Shown here in pieces: positions 50,410-64,000 of a DNA stretch of 64,000 bases. The translations under genes were made by a program, and so were the position numbers. Positions within the stretch are counted from its first letter, which is position 1, and every line of letters starts with the position of its first letter. Source of the stretch: Hypanus sabinus (taxonomy: Eukaryota); contig NC_082722.1 in NCBI RefSeq assembly GCF_030144855.1, forward strand, positions 48,360,001-48,424,000, written 5' to 3'. The notes beneath the pieces were generated by a model. It saw only the letters and a program-made list of their open reading frames with translations, did not search any database and was not told where the DNA came from.

Positions 50410-51190
50410 TCAGTACTAATCAACAGTTTTTGAACCTGGTCCTCTGTACCTTTCTCCTTTACTTCCTCATTGAGAGATAACAGCCAGTGCAGATCGCAAA
50501 TAATATCTCCTCCTTGCTGACAACCAGTACAGGCACACCTCAAGGATGCGTGTTTCACCCACTGCTCTACTCTGCCTTAACACATGACTGTGTGGCTAAG
50601 CACAACTCTTAAACACCATTTATAAATTCACCAATGATACTATATTTCATTAGGAGCTTGAAAAGATTTGGTATGTCACCAAAGACTCTAGCAAATTTCT
50701 ACAGATATACCATGGGGAGCATTCTAACTGGTTGCATCACCATCTGGTATGGTGGGACCACTGCATAGGATCAGAAAAAGCTGCAAGAAGTTGTAAACTC
50801 AGCCAGCTCCATCATGCGCATGAGCCTCCCCAGCACCAAAGACATTTCGAAAGGCGATGCCTTAAAAAGGTGGCATCTTTCTTTAAGGACTCCTGTCACT
50901 CAGGATATGCCCTCTTCTCATTGCTACCATCAAGAAGGAGGTACAGGATCCTGAAGACATGCACTCAACGTTTCAGTAACAGCTTCTTCCCCCTCAACCA
51001 TCGGATTTCTGAATGGACAATGAACCCATGAACACCTCAGTATTTTTCCGTCTCTTTTTGCACTACTTATTTAATATATTTTTATATATACAGTACTGGA
51101 GTTTATATTACTATGTATAGCATTGTAATGCTGCTGCAAAGCAACAAATTTCACAACATTCAGTATGCCATGGATAATAAATCTGATTTC
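50410..51190 (+). mobile_element. Rex1/Babar LINE fragment with deletions
   Basis: [24 protein letters not shown] and RFSNSFFP coding, with an AATAAATCTGATT tail. Confidence 0.8.
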
Positions 51191-51501
51191 TCAATCTCAC
51201 TGTGCATGCATACCAGTGAATGACAATAAACTCAAACTTGAACTTAAATGAAAAAAAGTACAAGGATGTTCCTGAAGCTGGAGGGCTTGAGTTAAGAAGA
51301 GATACTGGATAAACAGAAGCTTTTTTCCATGGACAGTAGAAGGCTTAAGGAGTGATCTTACAGAGGTATATAAAAAGTTGTCCCTTAGGTTCCTTGTAAA
51401 TCTTTTCCCTTCATCCTAAACTTGTGCCCCCTAATTTTGGACTCCCCTACCCTGGAAAAGACTGTTGCCATCTACCTTATCTATACCTCTCATAATTTAA
51501 A

Positions 51502-51638
51502 CATTTCTGTAAGGTTGCTGCTCATTCTCCTATGTAAGAATAAAGCCGTGGCCAGGCCAATCTCTCCCTACGCCTCAGGCCTGGCTAGGGCTTTATTCTT
51601 TAGAACATAGGAGAATGAGCAGCAACCTTACAGAAATG
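51502..51638. repeat. Inverted repeat (arms of about 57 and 61 bp, 19-nt spacer) in a CR1 remnant
   Basis: The outer 34 bp CATTTCTGTAAGGTTGCTGCTCATTCTCCTATGT are the exact reverse complement of the sequence ending at 51638. The inner part differs by a 4-nt indel and 2 mismatches. Confidence 0.92.
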
Positions 51639-52309
51639 CCTAGACTGCAACATTATTGTAATACTTTTTTCTGCATTCTTTCCAGTCTTTCCTCCAAAAA
51701 AATTACAAAGAACTCCGAAGTGCAGTGTCACCAATGGCTAATGTAACTGCAACAAAATGTCCTAACGACAATACTCAGTGCTCTAACAGATGAAGGTCAG
51801 CTTATTGAATGCCTTCTTCATCACCATGTCTACCTGCCACACTGCTTTCCATGAACTATGTAATTGTAGTCTGAGGACCTGTGTCTTATTACTCCCCAGT
51901 GCTCTACCATTCATAGGTCAAATCTGACACTAGTATGACTTCAAAGTGTGTCATCTAACACTTATCTGTATTGAATTCCATTTGCTGCTCCATGGCCCAA
52001 GTTAAAAAGCTTCAGTCTATCCAACTGATAAAGATCCCTCTGTAATCTATCATAACCTTCTTCACCATCGACACCTCCCAATTTCATGATAGAATGTGAC
52101 TCAGGTTTATTAATGCTGACATGTCATGAATTTTGCTTTGGGCAGCAGTACAGTGCAATACATAAAATTACTATAAATTACAATAAAAATATATAAAAAA
52201 TAAATTAGTGCAAAAAGGGTGCAAAATAGTGAGGTAGTATTCATGGACACTAGAAATTTGATGGTAGAAAGGGAAGTAGCAGTTCTTAAAATGATGAATG
52301 TGCATCTTC

Positions 52310-52600
52310 ATGTATTGGATGTGGAGGCTCTTGGAGTGGTAGGTGAAGACAAGAGGAACCCTATCCCTGTTAAGGCAGCAGGAAGATAGGGTGAGTTCAG
52401 ATGTCTGGGAAATGGAGAAGGTGGAGGAAGGGAAACCCCGTTCTTTTAAGGAGGAGGACATCTTTGAGGTCCTGGAAAGCCTTATTCTAGGAACAGATGT
52501 GGTGCAGATGAAGGAACAGGAGACGGGGGTGGAAAGAGGTATAGTCAACTTATCCATGGGAATTAGTAGATTTATATATTTAAAAAATTGGTAGACAGTT
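52310..52600 (-). mobile_element. Penelope-like fragment
   Basis: Minus-strand coding MSSSLKERGFPSS...NRDRVPLVFTYH, as in the 33-kb copy. Confidence 0.7.
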
Positions 52601-53559
52601 ACAAAATAACGTTCCTCTGGACCAAAGTTCACAACTCAGTTCACGTAACTCACACACAACAGATGAAGTAATATTACCACAAATAAATAGACAAATGAAA
52701 TGTTTTCCAGAAGCTATATTCCATTTACTATAACTATAATAGCGCCTAAGCTGGTATTCAATAACGTTATCTATATACTGCATGGCTTACCTTTGATTGA
52801 TCATCAGAATGGAATAGGACTATTGTGTTGGAGGATAATATCCTTGGACTTTGTATTGTTCCTTGTGGTGAAAAAATTAAAATTAGTTTTTCTTATTACA
52901 GCATACACAGATTATAATTAAATAATAAGTTACCTCTTGATGTTTACTTTTGGGCACTGTCAGAAATTCACAAGGCTTCTGATAAATAAGTATTTCAACT
53001 AGTTGGGTTGGGATTCATCATTATAGCTGAACGGCCAACTATGTTCATTTATTCAGTTAATGTTTGTAAGTGGCATTCACCAGCATCTTCTAATAATCAT
53101 GGACTCTTTTGCTATTTGAATTCTACCAACCAGAAGAGACAATTGTTGACTGCAGACAATACGTTCTGTAGTACCTGGAACAAGAATTACATTATTCTCA
53201 GGAAGACTTAACTGGTGCAATTTCATTAAAAACAAACTGTAACCTGTTTGTCTGTTAATTCCTACCACTTCTCTGAACCTCATGCACGTTAAAGGAATAA
53301 TTTATTTTGTTAAAATGGAAGTAATTGCTTCACATTGAATAATTTATTCAAATCTACTCACTTGCTCAAGATCAAAGTTGAAGCTGTGTATGCTCATGTG
53401 GGTCAAAACTCTTCCTGTCTTTTTGTGATATAGGTGATGAAACTCTTTTCCTGATACATTTACAGTTGCATTGGTGTGTCTTCTGAAGTTGTGTATTACC
53501 CTTCAATTTCATTACTTTTCTTGCCTATTTCCATCCTGCTCTCTCCCTTCACATGGTTA

Positions 53560-54730
53560 AGCTATGACTGTTCCCTTTTTCTAGATCTCACTGTCTATGT
53601 CTCAGGAGAAAGGTGAACTTTCAACATCCATTACAAACTTACTGACTCCTACAGCTGTCTTGTATGCTCTTAATACTACCCTGCCTGTAAGGACTGTACA
53701 AAAGTCCCATTTCCTCCATCTTCATCATATTTACTCCAATGATTGAACTTCCCATACAGATCCCTCTGAAATAGTTTTTATTTCCTAACCACAGCTCTCC
53801 ATTGTTAACAAAGTCCTTGACCACATCTTATCCATTTCTAATCTCAACTCCTTCACCACCAGGATAGATTTCCCCTTGTCAACACCTTTCATCCCACTAG
53901 CCTTCACATTTAACAGTTCATTCTCTGCACTTTAAAGAGATTCCACCATCAAATGTTTTCCTTTTTCCTCCTCAATAATTTGCACAACTATTCCCTTCAT
54001 GACTTCCTGGTCCTCTCTTCCATTCCCATGGGCCACCCCTTTATAAGGCACTTACCTTTGTAAATACAGGCAATACAAATCAAAGTCTTCTCACGTTTTT
54101 CCTTCCCACCATCCAGTGACCCAGTCTTTACAGGTGAAGCAGCAGTTCACTTGCACTTCTTCTAATTTAGTTTCCTGTATTTGATGTTCACAATGAAGGA
54201 ATGCAGATAGGGCATTAACTTTGCAGAACACCTGTATTTCATCCAGAGTAGTGACCCTCAGCTTCCTGTTGTTGCCTGCCACTGTAGTTCTCCATCCCAC
54301 TTCCACTCTGATTATTGGCCTGTCCTGTCAGAGTGAAGCCAACATAATTTTTAGGAATGGCACCTCACCTTCCTTCTGGATGCAGTTTTGAATTGTACAA
54401 CTTAAGGTAACTTGAAGTTTCAGTCTGTGTCAATCATCCATCCATTTGTTTTATTAGAATGGCTTGCTTCTATTCTCTGAGAATGAATTGCAAGCCTAGC
54501 CTGGCTCACTGGGCTTGTCTTCCTGCTCTACATTTTGCAACTTCCACATCCTCCCATTTGCTCACTGACTGACCAGGTAACTTTGTTTGCAGCTTATTCC
54601 TGTAGTTGTACCATCCTCCCTGATGGTTTTGTCTCTGGGTTCTGAGGAAGGGTCTCTACCTAAATACTTAACTGTATCTCTTCCCACAGGTGTGGCCTGA
54701 CTGGCTAATTATTTCCAGCATTTTCTGTTT
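53560..54730 (+). mobile_element. Old Penelope-like element
   Basis: PFLDLTV, QVKQQFTCTSSNLV and a terminal-repeat remnant near 54640-54730. Confidence 0.65.
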
Positions 54731-56365
54731 TTTTTTGTTTAAAGTCTTTTATTGTGTTCCAAAATTGTTCAAAATTAACTTTTTGTCAATTGTAAAGAAA
54801 ACGCGTGTCCAGATGGTGTCTCTCCCGTTTACACTTTACCTCTAACAAAACAGACTATCAATCAGTTTGGATGATTGCCAACACATCGAATTTGATAAGC
54901 TTTGAAAATATACACGCAAGAACAAATTGCACACTATCAATACAAAAAAGGGAAAAAGAGGTTAAATATAGAGGACTGTGGGTTAACATTCCTAAGGAAA
55001 AGTTATTATTTTAAGCCAATATGATTTGCTGACAATAGGCCGGAAGGGAAACAGTAGACCTAATTAGACTGCGAATTTCAGGCGACACACCACGAACACA
55101 TTTTTTTGATTAAAGCCAATGTCAAACCCCCCCCCCCCAAAAAAAAAACAAAGCCAGCATTGCACCGGAGAAAAATTATAATTTGCAGATAATGTAACAG
55201 CCAAACAGCCGGCCAACTAGAATAATCTTATTCCGCCTCAAGGCCGCTTTGTCCTTATTGATTAATGCATCATTTAGCAACGTGCAAATCCACACACATA
55301 CAATGTATTCGGAACTTGTTTATGCAATCGACGGGTATATAAGTCATTAAAAGAAGTAAGCAGAAATACTATGGTACTGTATCCACAAATGCAACCTGCC
55401 GTTCTCAACACCAATTGTATCATCTGGTGATTGTACCCACAGTATTTCAATAAATAACATATTGTCTTTTATTGGACCCTCCCTTCTAATTGATGCGAAA
55501 GCAGTGAACGTCCAGCTGTACAATAACAAAATGTGAATCAATTCGACGTCAAAAATACTAAATATTAAATGTAAAGCTAGACGAACTTATTTCAAAATAA
55601 CATTTTCACGTTATGTATGTATATACACACACATATACATAAAATAAACCATTGATACAAGATTTAAGTATAATACCAAATTTCCGATGTAAATGATCGC
55701 AGGAGCCCCATTTTCGACATAACTAGCTGGCGCTGATCATTTTCTGAAGGCTCGGCGTGGCTTTGAAATATCCGATGTTGAGAGATTAGCCTGGTCTCTA
55801 CAGCAGTAACAGATCCGAGCAATGGGATTCTCTAAGAGTGCATGAATGTTACGCAAGTTCCTGCGCCTTCAATTTATCGAGAAGGGTTGAGAGGAGACCT
55901 GTTCCCTTTAACGGGGTTTTATAAACAGAGCCATCAGGAAGGACTCAGGAGCGGGAGAGAGTGCATCTCCGCAATCCCTTGATTCAGCAACATCCACTCC
56001 AGACTGCTCAGAATACACAAGCATCCTCCCTCCAGCATAAGAGCAATGGTGCAAGATTGGAAAAAAACATCAGGTCTGTTGTTTTTCTCTTGAGGTGTAG
56101 AGACGCATTGCTGTGCCAAAAGGCGTAATCCTAACCAACTGAATATCGGCGATTCTTTAGAAGATTTCCTTATAAATATGCCAGCATTTCTGAATAATTA
56201 TCGAAGACGGTCGAATCCCAGATGACTGGATTTTGCTAGTAACCAACCGTTGGTTAATTTTTAGTGGACCCGTCACGTTTGTTGAAGGCGTTGCTTGTCT
56301 TTTTTTTCTTTCTTGTTTGTTTTTGTTTTGTCCGATTTAGTAGTCCAAACGCCTTCTTGCTCTGA

Positions 56366-56821
<456 letters not shown>

Positions 56822-58544
56822 TAAAGAGGTGCGATTGAGATATGTATTAATAGTAAAACAGCTACAAAGTTAATAATTGGAGTTAGTTACCGAAGAGAAT
56901 CCCAGGAGAAACATGTTTCCTAAAATCTGTAATTTAGTAATAAATTACCAATCTGTCAGGCTAAATCAGAAATTGTAAGATAAGAATGCGGGAGATTTCC
57001 TTTATCGGTCGGTATCAATGATTTGTGAAACTGAAGAACTTGTTTCAACGTCCAAACCACAAATGCATAAACATAATGGAAATGAAATCACTGCAAGACC
57101 AATTATAAGTGAAGATAAAAAGCAATCAAAGGCAAACATTGAAATTACACTACAGCTAAAAAGTGCAGCCAAGGATACAGGCTTTATCCTTGTTAGTTTG
57201 AAAGGCTGTGTCTAAAACAATGCAATTACGACAACTAGAGAAAACTTTCAAGCCTCGTAATAAGATAGACGCCCAAATTAAAGACATACTGTATAAATAT
57301 ATGAAGTAAAATATTGTAAACAGTACATGCGATGCAATGCCAGCAACAAGGCATTCCGTAAAGATGTGTGAACAAATAATATTTATCTGCACTGGCAGGT
57401 GTGAATGAGTGGTGGGTTTTCTATGAATTATAAAGCCAATTATTCTAAAGAAAATGTGGTTTTAGATGTGCACAGAGCTATAAACATGAATAGGCAAAAA
57501 TGTAGATCAATAAGGAACATGGCAACCATTCCATAAGAAGGAATAAGAAGAGGCCGTGTTATTTAACCGCGAAGGTTTCATGATAGGCTCGTGATGACTA
57601 GGCAATGTTTGCAAGTTAATATCCAGGTCTGCTGACTTAGCAGAAATCATGTAATTATTGTATCGAAGCTTTCAGGTTATTCAAATAAACTCGCTTGTCT
57701 AGTCTTGGCCATCGTACAAAACTTTTCCGCATTGTGGAATAAAATGCGGTTTTCAAATATTGTGGAGCTTGTGTTCAACTGCAACCGAAGAACAGCATGC
57801 ACCAAATTTTATTGCGAAGCAACCGGGTCTGCTTTAACTCTGCATGGGACTAATTTATGATTTCAGTCCTATGGCGGTGATCACAATAAAGTCACTGAGA
57901 CCAAATATCTATGTGTAACACGGAAGGGGTAGGGAATGACCAGACGGAAAAAAAATGGGCTGGAACCCTTTAAGAGAACGATTCTTTACCGACAAATAAT
58001 ATCGATTAACAAAGCACGGAATTGCAGTGATAATGCCACAGATTTAGAGGATCTTTGGGTAGTACGTTGATAATCACGTTGGGGTGATAATAGTAACAGT
58101 TTATTCAAATATGATATATTATTAATTTATAACGTACCGGAAACAATGCTGTATGTTTGGATTGCTCCGATTACATGGTATTACATTTTAAATTACCTAA
58201 AGTGGGATGGAAGCGGAAGTTGATATGATAAAAAGCAAATCCGAATTAAACCAAAAGGATGTCTGTAACACACTGGAAAACTAGCATTCCAGTATTTTAA
58301 AATGTCACCTTAAATTGAACCACAAAGAAGCTTCTTCAAAATTAAAAAGGCTGTACTTATTTTCATACACTCGCGTTTTGGCGTTCAGTTCACGGAGTCT
58401 GCAGTAAGAATGTCAACAAATTAATGCAGTTATTTTCCGCCATCTCTGGAATACTCATCCACCTGCCACATCATTGTGAACTGTAGAAGTGGAAGACAAA
58501 TTAAGTTTTATATTCTTACAATGTTACTTGAATTAATCCATTCC

Positions 58545-58805
58545 GGTTAAAAAAGGCATTCAGCCCGTCGAGTCTGTGCTGGCTCTGAGCATGGCAACTC
58601 TATTTCCCTTATTTCTCTATAATCTACAGTCCTTCACATAGATGATTAATTCCCACGATTTTCCTGCCTCCACATATTACCAGTGGAAATTTACAATAGG
58701 CATCTGTCACACACCCAGACCATACTTCAGGGTATGAAAAGAAAATCGGAGCAATCATGGGAAACCCACGGTCAGAGGGAGATCATGCAAGCTCCACACA
58801 GAGAA
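58545..58805 (-). mobile_element. V-SINE (HE1-like) remnant
   Basis: GGCATTCAGCCCGTCGAGTCTG...GGAAACCCACGGTCA...GCAAGCTCCACACAGA. Confidence 0.55.
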
Positions 58806-60599
58806 CTCTTGAGTTTGCTGTATCATCACGTTACCCTTCTGGATCATCCTGCTACCCTTGAAGTGATTAATGACCCCTTTTAAAAGATGAAGATAAGATA
58901 ATATATATTTACATAATTGTCTTGTATACCATGTAATAATGATGAAAAGCCCTTAAAATATGCAATCATATTGTATCAGTTTGCACTGATATGAAACCAG
59001 ACTTAAACAATTTTCAAGTAATGAAACCTGTCACAACAACCTTGAACCTTGCAGTTAATATTAAGGTTTGTGTTATTTCACTTAATGAACCAAAGTTTAA
59101 ATTTTAATGATCAGGTAAGTTTATATGAATGGACTGCAGAAGGAGAAAAGTATTGTATTTAATGGGCTGTAACAATCCTCTAAATATGAATTGAAGACAT
59201 TAACTGCATCATTTATGAAGGAACACAACGGGAAATATGTTATATAGACGATGAAAAGAATTAAACCATTGCAGCAAAAATATTAAAATTAATTTGCTTT
59301 TTTTTTTACAAATTTAGTGCTTTTTTCATTGTATTTAAAACAAACCCACTGAAACTTTAAGTGCATACAAAACTGTTGTAATATTGCAAGAAATTCCTAC
59401 AATGAACGTGGAACAAAATGCCTTGCATACAACTGAAAGATCTTGTGAATACCTTGCCATGAAGCAACTTAGCCATTGTACAGTGACAGACGTTTGTAAA
59501 GTTTTTCCACAAATACTTGGAATATAAATTTTCAACATTGTTTCACTTGAAGATAGCCTTTTTTTTAATAGCAATTGTGCTTTAATACAACTGCAAAACA
59601 CGAAGCATAAAACAAAAGCAAAAATAGTTGGAAAGTTTTTAATTAGAAGCATTAAATAACTAGAAAATGTAAACATGGAACATGAAATTGAGATGATTAT
59701 TTGTAGCATTTCCTCAAGTTGTGGTTCATTTAAAGGGCTATAGTTATGAAAATCATGATACCTGGGGAAATATAATCAGAATATCTAATCTAATGATAAT
59801 TGGAAAACATTTTTAAAATCCAAATCTACTTAAATGTGTATGTCTTTATTCCAAAAATACTTATGCACAAAAATCTTGTTACTTTCAATATTCCTACTTT
59901 ATTGCATTTTTGAAACAATAATTAATAATTAAACAATAATTACATTTGAGTAAGTATTTCTGATGATGATGTTAGCTGATGGTGACCAAAATGAAGATAG
60001 GATCTATTTTCACTACATTTGCCAACCACTAATTGGACAAAATTATCTAAAGGTCAGATCTTACCAACCATTGAGTAGGCAGCTCAATAATGATCTTGGC
60101 CACCTGGCTAGGCAACAGCAAACCACATCTCCTCGTGCCCCACACACCCTACCAAGTAAATATGAAAGGTAGGATTTCATAATGTAATAGAACTCTGCTT
60201 GCCATGGTTGGTGAGAATCGATTGGAGCAAAGCTGACAATACATGAACCAATTTATTGGGTGATGGAGATCACAAGTTCAGCCAAATATAAGCAAAATGT
60301 GGGTTCTGAAGAAGCAGGAATTAATCTTGGTGATGGTTGCTGCTGCTCCACAGTACCAAACCAACAAATTAAATAACCTACACAATTTACCTTCTGGGCA
60401 GTTTGATTATGATGTCTGGATCCAAAGAATGTCTTGAGTGTGTCTGTCTATGCCCCTTAGATGACCTACAAAAATGTCAGCTTCGCAGGGTATCAACATC
60501 CAACACATTGAGTTTTCATCCTGATTGAATGTCACCACTGGGCATCAGCAAACATGATTATGGCTAGAAAGAAAAATGATTTATCAGCATGAACTAGTA

Positions 60600-62090
60600 C
60601 TTTGTGCCCAACTTCATGGAAGAAGAGACAAAACTTCTCCGAGAAGTACTGGAGTGCAATTAGTATCAACAAGGAAGTGAAAAGAAATTAGTATTCATTA
60701 ACAAAAACTATGGAGATGATGATCCTGAAAACACTTTAAATACCAAGGAGACAATGATATACATCTTAGAGTTTCAAAGGTTGTAGAGACAATGTTATCA
60801 TCTTCCAAAAATCTAGAGCTTCTGGAATAATTCCTGCAGATGCGACCCGACTATTTAAGAACGAGAATAAAACAGGAACCTAAGTGACAGTGCAGAGACT
60901 GGTGATTGAACCTCAACTACTCACAATCTATCAGAAACATGATGATGTTTGTCTCTAATGAAGGGTCTCGGCCTGAAACGTGGACCGTTTACCCTTTTCC
61001 ATAGATGCCGCCTGGCCTGGCCTGCTGAGTACCTCCAGTATTTTGTGTGTGTTGCTATTCACAATCTATGCCAACATTTGGCCGAGGGAACTTTTCAAAG
61101 TTTGCTGATGGTATGGAACTGTGGGAATGTGAACATGTTACAAAGCAGTGGATCTTGAAAAAAAATCTGACCTGGAGTGTGGCAGGTTTCAAAACGGAGA
61201 CTGATAGTTTTCTGAATATTAGGGCAATCAAATGATGAAGGGGTAGGGCAAAAAATGACATTAAAAATGGCCCTGGTGTTACTTCTTATAATGTTTGCTA
61301 TATGACTGTTCAGTGAGTATCACAGACGACGTTAATGTATTCTTCAGACCATGGTTGGGATAACTATTATTCTGTTTGTTGTAGAAATCAAAGGTACTGG
61401 TGTGTGGCAAAGTCTGCAGATACAAGAAAATCAAATACAGCTACAGTATTTCAAGTTTTGCTGGCTATATATACATTATTATACAAGATATGATCATTAG
61501 ACCAAAGAAGGTCAAAGGTGACCTGATAGAGGTATATAACATTGTATGAGTCATTGATAGGCAGAATCATTTGCTCATGATGTTGGTATCAAATAACAGA
61601 GGATTTAAAATAAGAGCGAGGAGTTTTAAAGGGGAGCTGTGAGGAAAACATTTATGTTACAGAGAATGATCGATTCTTGTAACTCGCTGCCAGAGGAAGT
61701 AGTAAAATAGTAAGCATTCCATGTTTAAGAGGATTTTGCACAGGTACTTATAATAGGCAAGGCTTAGAGACTGAGTAATCTGATAAGAGGTAGATAAAAT
61801 TATATGAGTCATTGATAAGGATAGATAGATTTTTTTGCATTATATGGATATCAAAAACAAGAAGGCGTAAGGTTTAAAATGAGAGGAAGGAGTTTTAAAG
61901 GGAACTTAAGGGGAAATATTTTCTTTACAAAGAATGGTACAAAGTAGTAAAGTTAAATACAATCACTATGTTGAAGAAGCATTTAGAAAGGCATTTAAGG
62001 ATACAGACCTAATGCAGACACATTTAGTGATTTAGTGTAGATGAGGAAAAAGGTTGCTGTGGACATGGTCAGCTGAAAGATACATTATAA
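60600..62090 (+). mobile_element. Cluster of old CR1 fragments in JPH3 intron 1
   Basis: GDLIEVY-type coding (ggtgacctgatagaggtata) and two related 3' blocks at about 61520-61770 and 61780-62000. Boundaries are approximate. Confidence 0.6.
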
Positions 62091-63573
62091 TGTGCACAAT
62101 TCTATGACTTCATGCAAGATTCTATGACCATTAGGTGAAGGGTAATCTGACATGCTGTAAAAGGACATTTCCAGAACTGTATGAGCAAAGGAAATATCAG
62201 TGCTAGATTTTTAACAATATTTGGGAAGTTTTAATGATTATAGTTCACTGTTTGAAGACACAAAGATCAAATAGTGATGTACCAAACTTTTAAAAAACAG
62301 CCTTATTTTTGAAATAAATTTTGAAAAAAATATGGTTTATATCTTTTGCTTATGACTAAATCTTATCAATTTACTAGCAGAATCCTGATAGCAAGTATCA
62401 TCATATAAATATTCCCAATTCTTCAGACATTTTAATTCAAACCTCCTAAAACCTCAATAGATACCGTACATTTTCAATTACATTCCTGCCTAATATTAAA
62501 AAAATGGATAGCAGAATCAGAATCACCCTATCTTAGCACTTTGACTATTTATATAATTAATTAAGGAGATAATACAAAGGAAGAAAACAGCACTGTTTCT
62601 ACCTACAACTAACAGATGTGATGGAGGAGGATCTTCTGGATATCAACCAATAATACAACAAGCTGTTTTATTGCTTCATGTGTTTATTGAAAGGTATACT
62701 TTAAAGTTGTAATTTCAAATGGAGGTTAGAATTCCCTTTTTTTCTCCCAAAGTCAGCCCTTTAGAGGGGCAATCTGGTTTACCGCACACTCTATTTTGGT
62801 TTTAAAGGGGCAATAAGTTCCAGGCATATGTGGAAATTTATGATTGTGGGAAGAATTGAAAATGAGTGACCAATTTCACTTCACATATTTTGACAAATTG
62901 ATTTGCTTCCTTCATTTTATGGTGATGTCTGTTTGCTGTGGTAGGCCTTAAGGATGAATTGTTTAATTTCTATTAGTCTGGCCAATGGATAATCTACATA
63001 TTTGAATTTAAACAGTAGTTTCCAAAGGATATTTGGCTGTGAAGGGCTTTGAATGTGGCAGATGAGATTGATTTTTGTCCTTATTGCCTGATTGTTAGGC
63101 ATCACCCAAAGAGAACACTGACAGAACTAATTTGGGGAATTTACTAATGTTTCTTCTAGCCTGTCTGATATTTTCCCCAATTAAATTAAGTGGAAGAACA
63201 ATTAGTTCCATAGTGGCATATGAAGTGTTGAGTCAGAGTTTCCTCTCTGCATTTTGATGAAACAATATTTAGTGCTTGCGTAGTAAAGCCTCAAACCAAC
63301 CACTAGAAATCAAGTCTAGGGCCTTTTTGCATTTTTGTTATTCAGGTTGATATTTTTCCTTATCAGCCCAATGAGAGTATTTTAATCAAGATTAAATGCA
63401 GTGTTCTATACTGAGTCAAGTTTAGATATCTTTGAAAACAAGTAGCCTCAATACACAGTATGTTGCTTTAATATTATAATTCAGCACCAACTTTTACATC
63501 ATCAAATGGCATTCATGCAAATCTTTTGATATCTAACTTGGATTTTTTTTAACCATATCATTAATATTGTAGT

Positions 63574-64000
63574 TGTCATGAAATGTGGGGGAGGATTGAC
63601 CCAAATGCAGAACAACAGAGACGATTTAGTGGTGAGTGATAACTTTTATTAACAAATTACTAAACAACAAGCCACAAGTGGCTATTAAACAATTGAGAAC
63701 AGATAGTTTAAACCACAAGGCAACAATGTCCAGGAATAACTGGTTGAAGCTGGCTGGTTTGATGAGTGAACAAAGGACTGTGGCTGAGAGCTGAGTTTAA
63801 ATAGGTTGCAGGTGATTTCTTTTAGCTGGGTGGAGACTGGGAGGTGCCTGCTTGTGCAGGGCTGACAGCACCTCCCCTTCTCGGGCTTATACACAATGGC
63901 CCAAGATTATCTGAATGGGTCCAGTTGAACTACTCAACGAGCAATGGATCCAAAATGAAACTGAGGAGTACCCAAGACCTTTCCTCCAAACTGTGCCCTT
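63574..64000 (-). mobile_element. 3' end of a chromodomain-bearing Gypsy element: pol C-terminus, PPT and 3' LTR (63574-63867)
   Basis: LTR termini TGTCA...TGACA, with minus-strand AATAAA near 63645. Polypurine tract GAAGGGGAGG at 63871-63880 (minus). The minus frame reads GHSLEERSWVLLSFILDPLLVE*FNWTHSDNLG (chromodomain-like). It continues beyond the window. Confidence 0.78.

Noticed and set aside
55983-56003. REST/NRSE site in the JPH3 upstream region (TTCAGCA...)
   Set aside because: Only the first 7 bases match and the GGACAG half is absent. The same applies to TTCAGCACC near 63480.

Overview
This is eukaryotic (vertebrate) genomic DNA, AT-rich and dominated by decayed transposons. The repeat set (CR1, Rex1/Babar, Penelope, V-SINE and DeuSINE-type elements) suggests a cartilaginous fish, probably a ray or skate; this is an inference. 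Three protein-coding genes are supported. (1) The 5' end of ZCCHC14 on the minus strand: coding exon 1 at 17048-17617, coding exon 2 at 3614-3725, with a CpG-island promoter near 17.7-18.3 kb. (2) A complete, intact four-exon flavin-containing monooxygenase on the plus strand (40637-48776, 431 aa). It is the short, soluble plant/insect/bacterial-like type, not the membrane-anchored FMO1-5 type. (3) The first coding exon of junctophilin-3 (JPH3, 56387-56768, +). ZCCHC14 and JPH3 are divergent neighbours in human, so the FMO between them is the most notable element. In an elasmobranch it is a candidate trimethylamine-to-TMAO enzyme, which is untested. The rest consists of a Passer/pogo transposon, a Tigger element, a solo LTR with an exact TSD, a 5'-truncated L1 with a 17-bp TSD and an inverted templated insertion, Gypsy remnants, local tandem and fold-back duplications, and one 145-N assembly gap. 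I saw no rRNA, true tRNA or CRISPR array.
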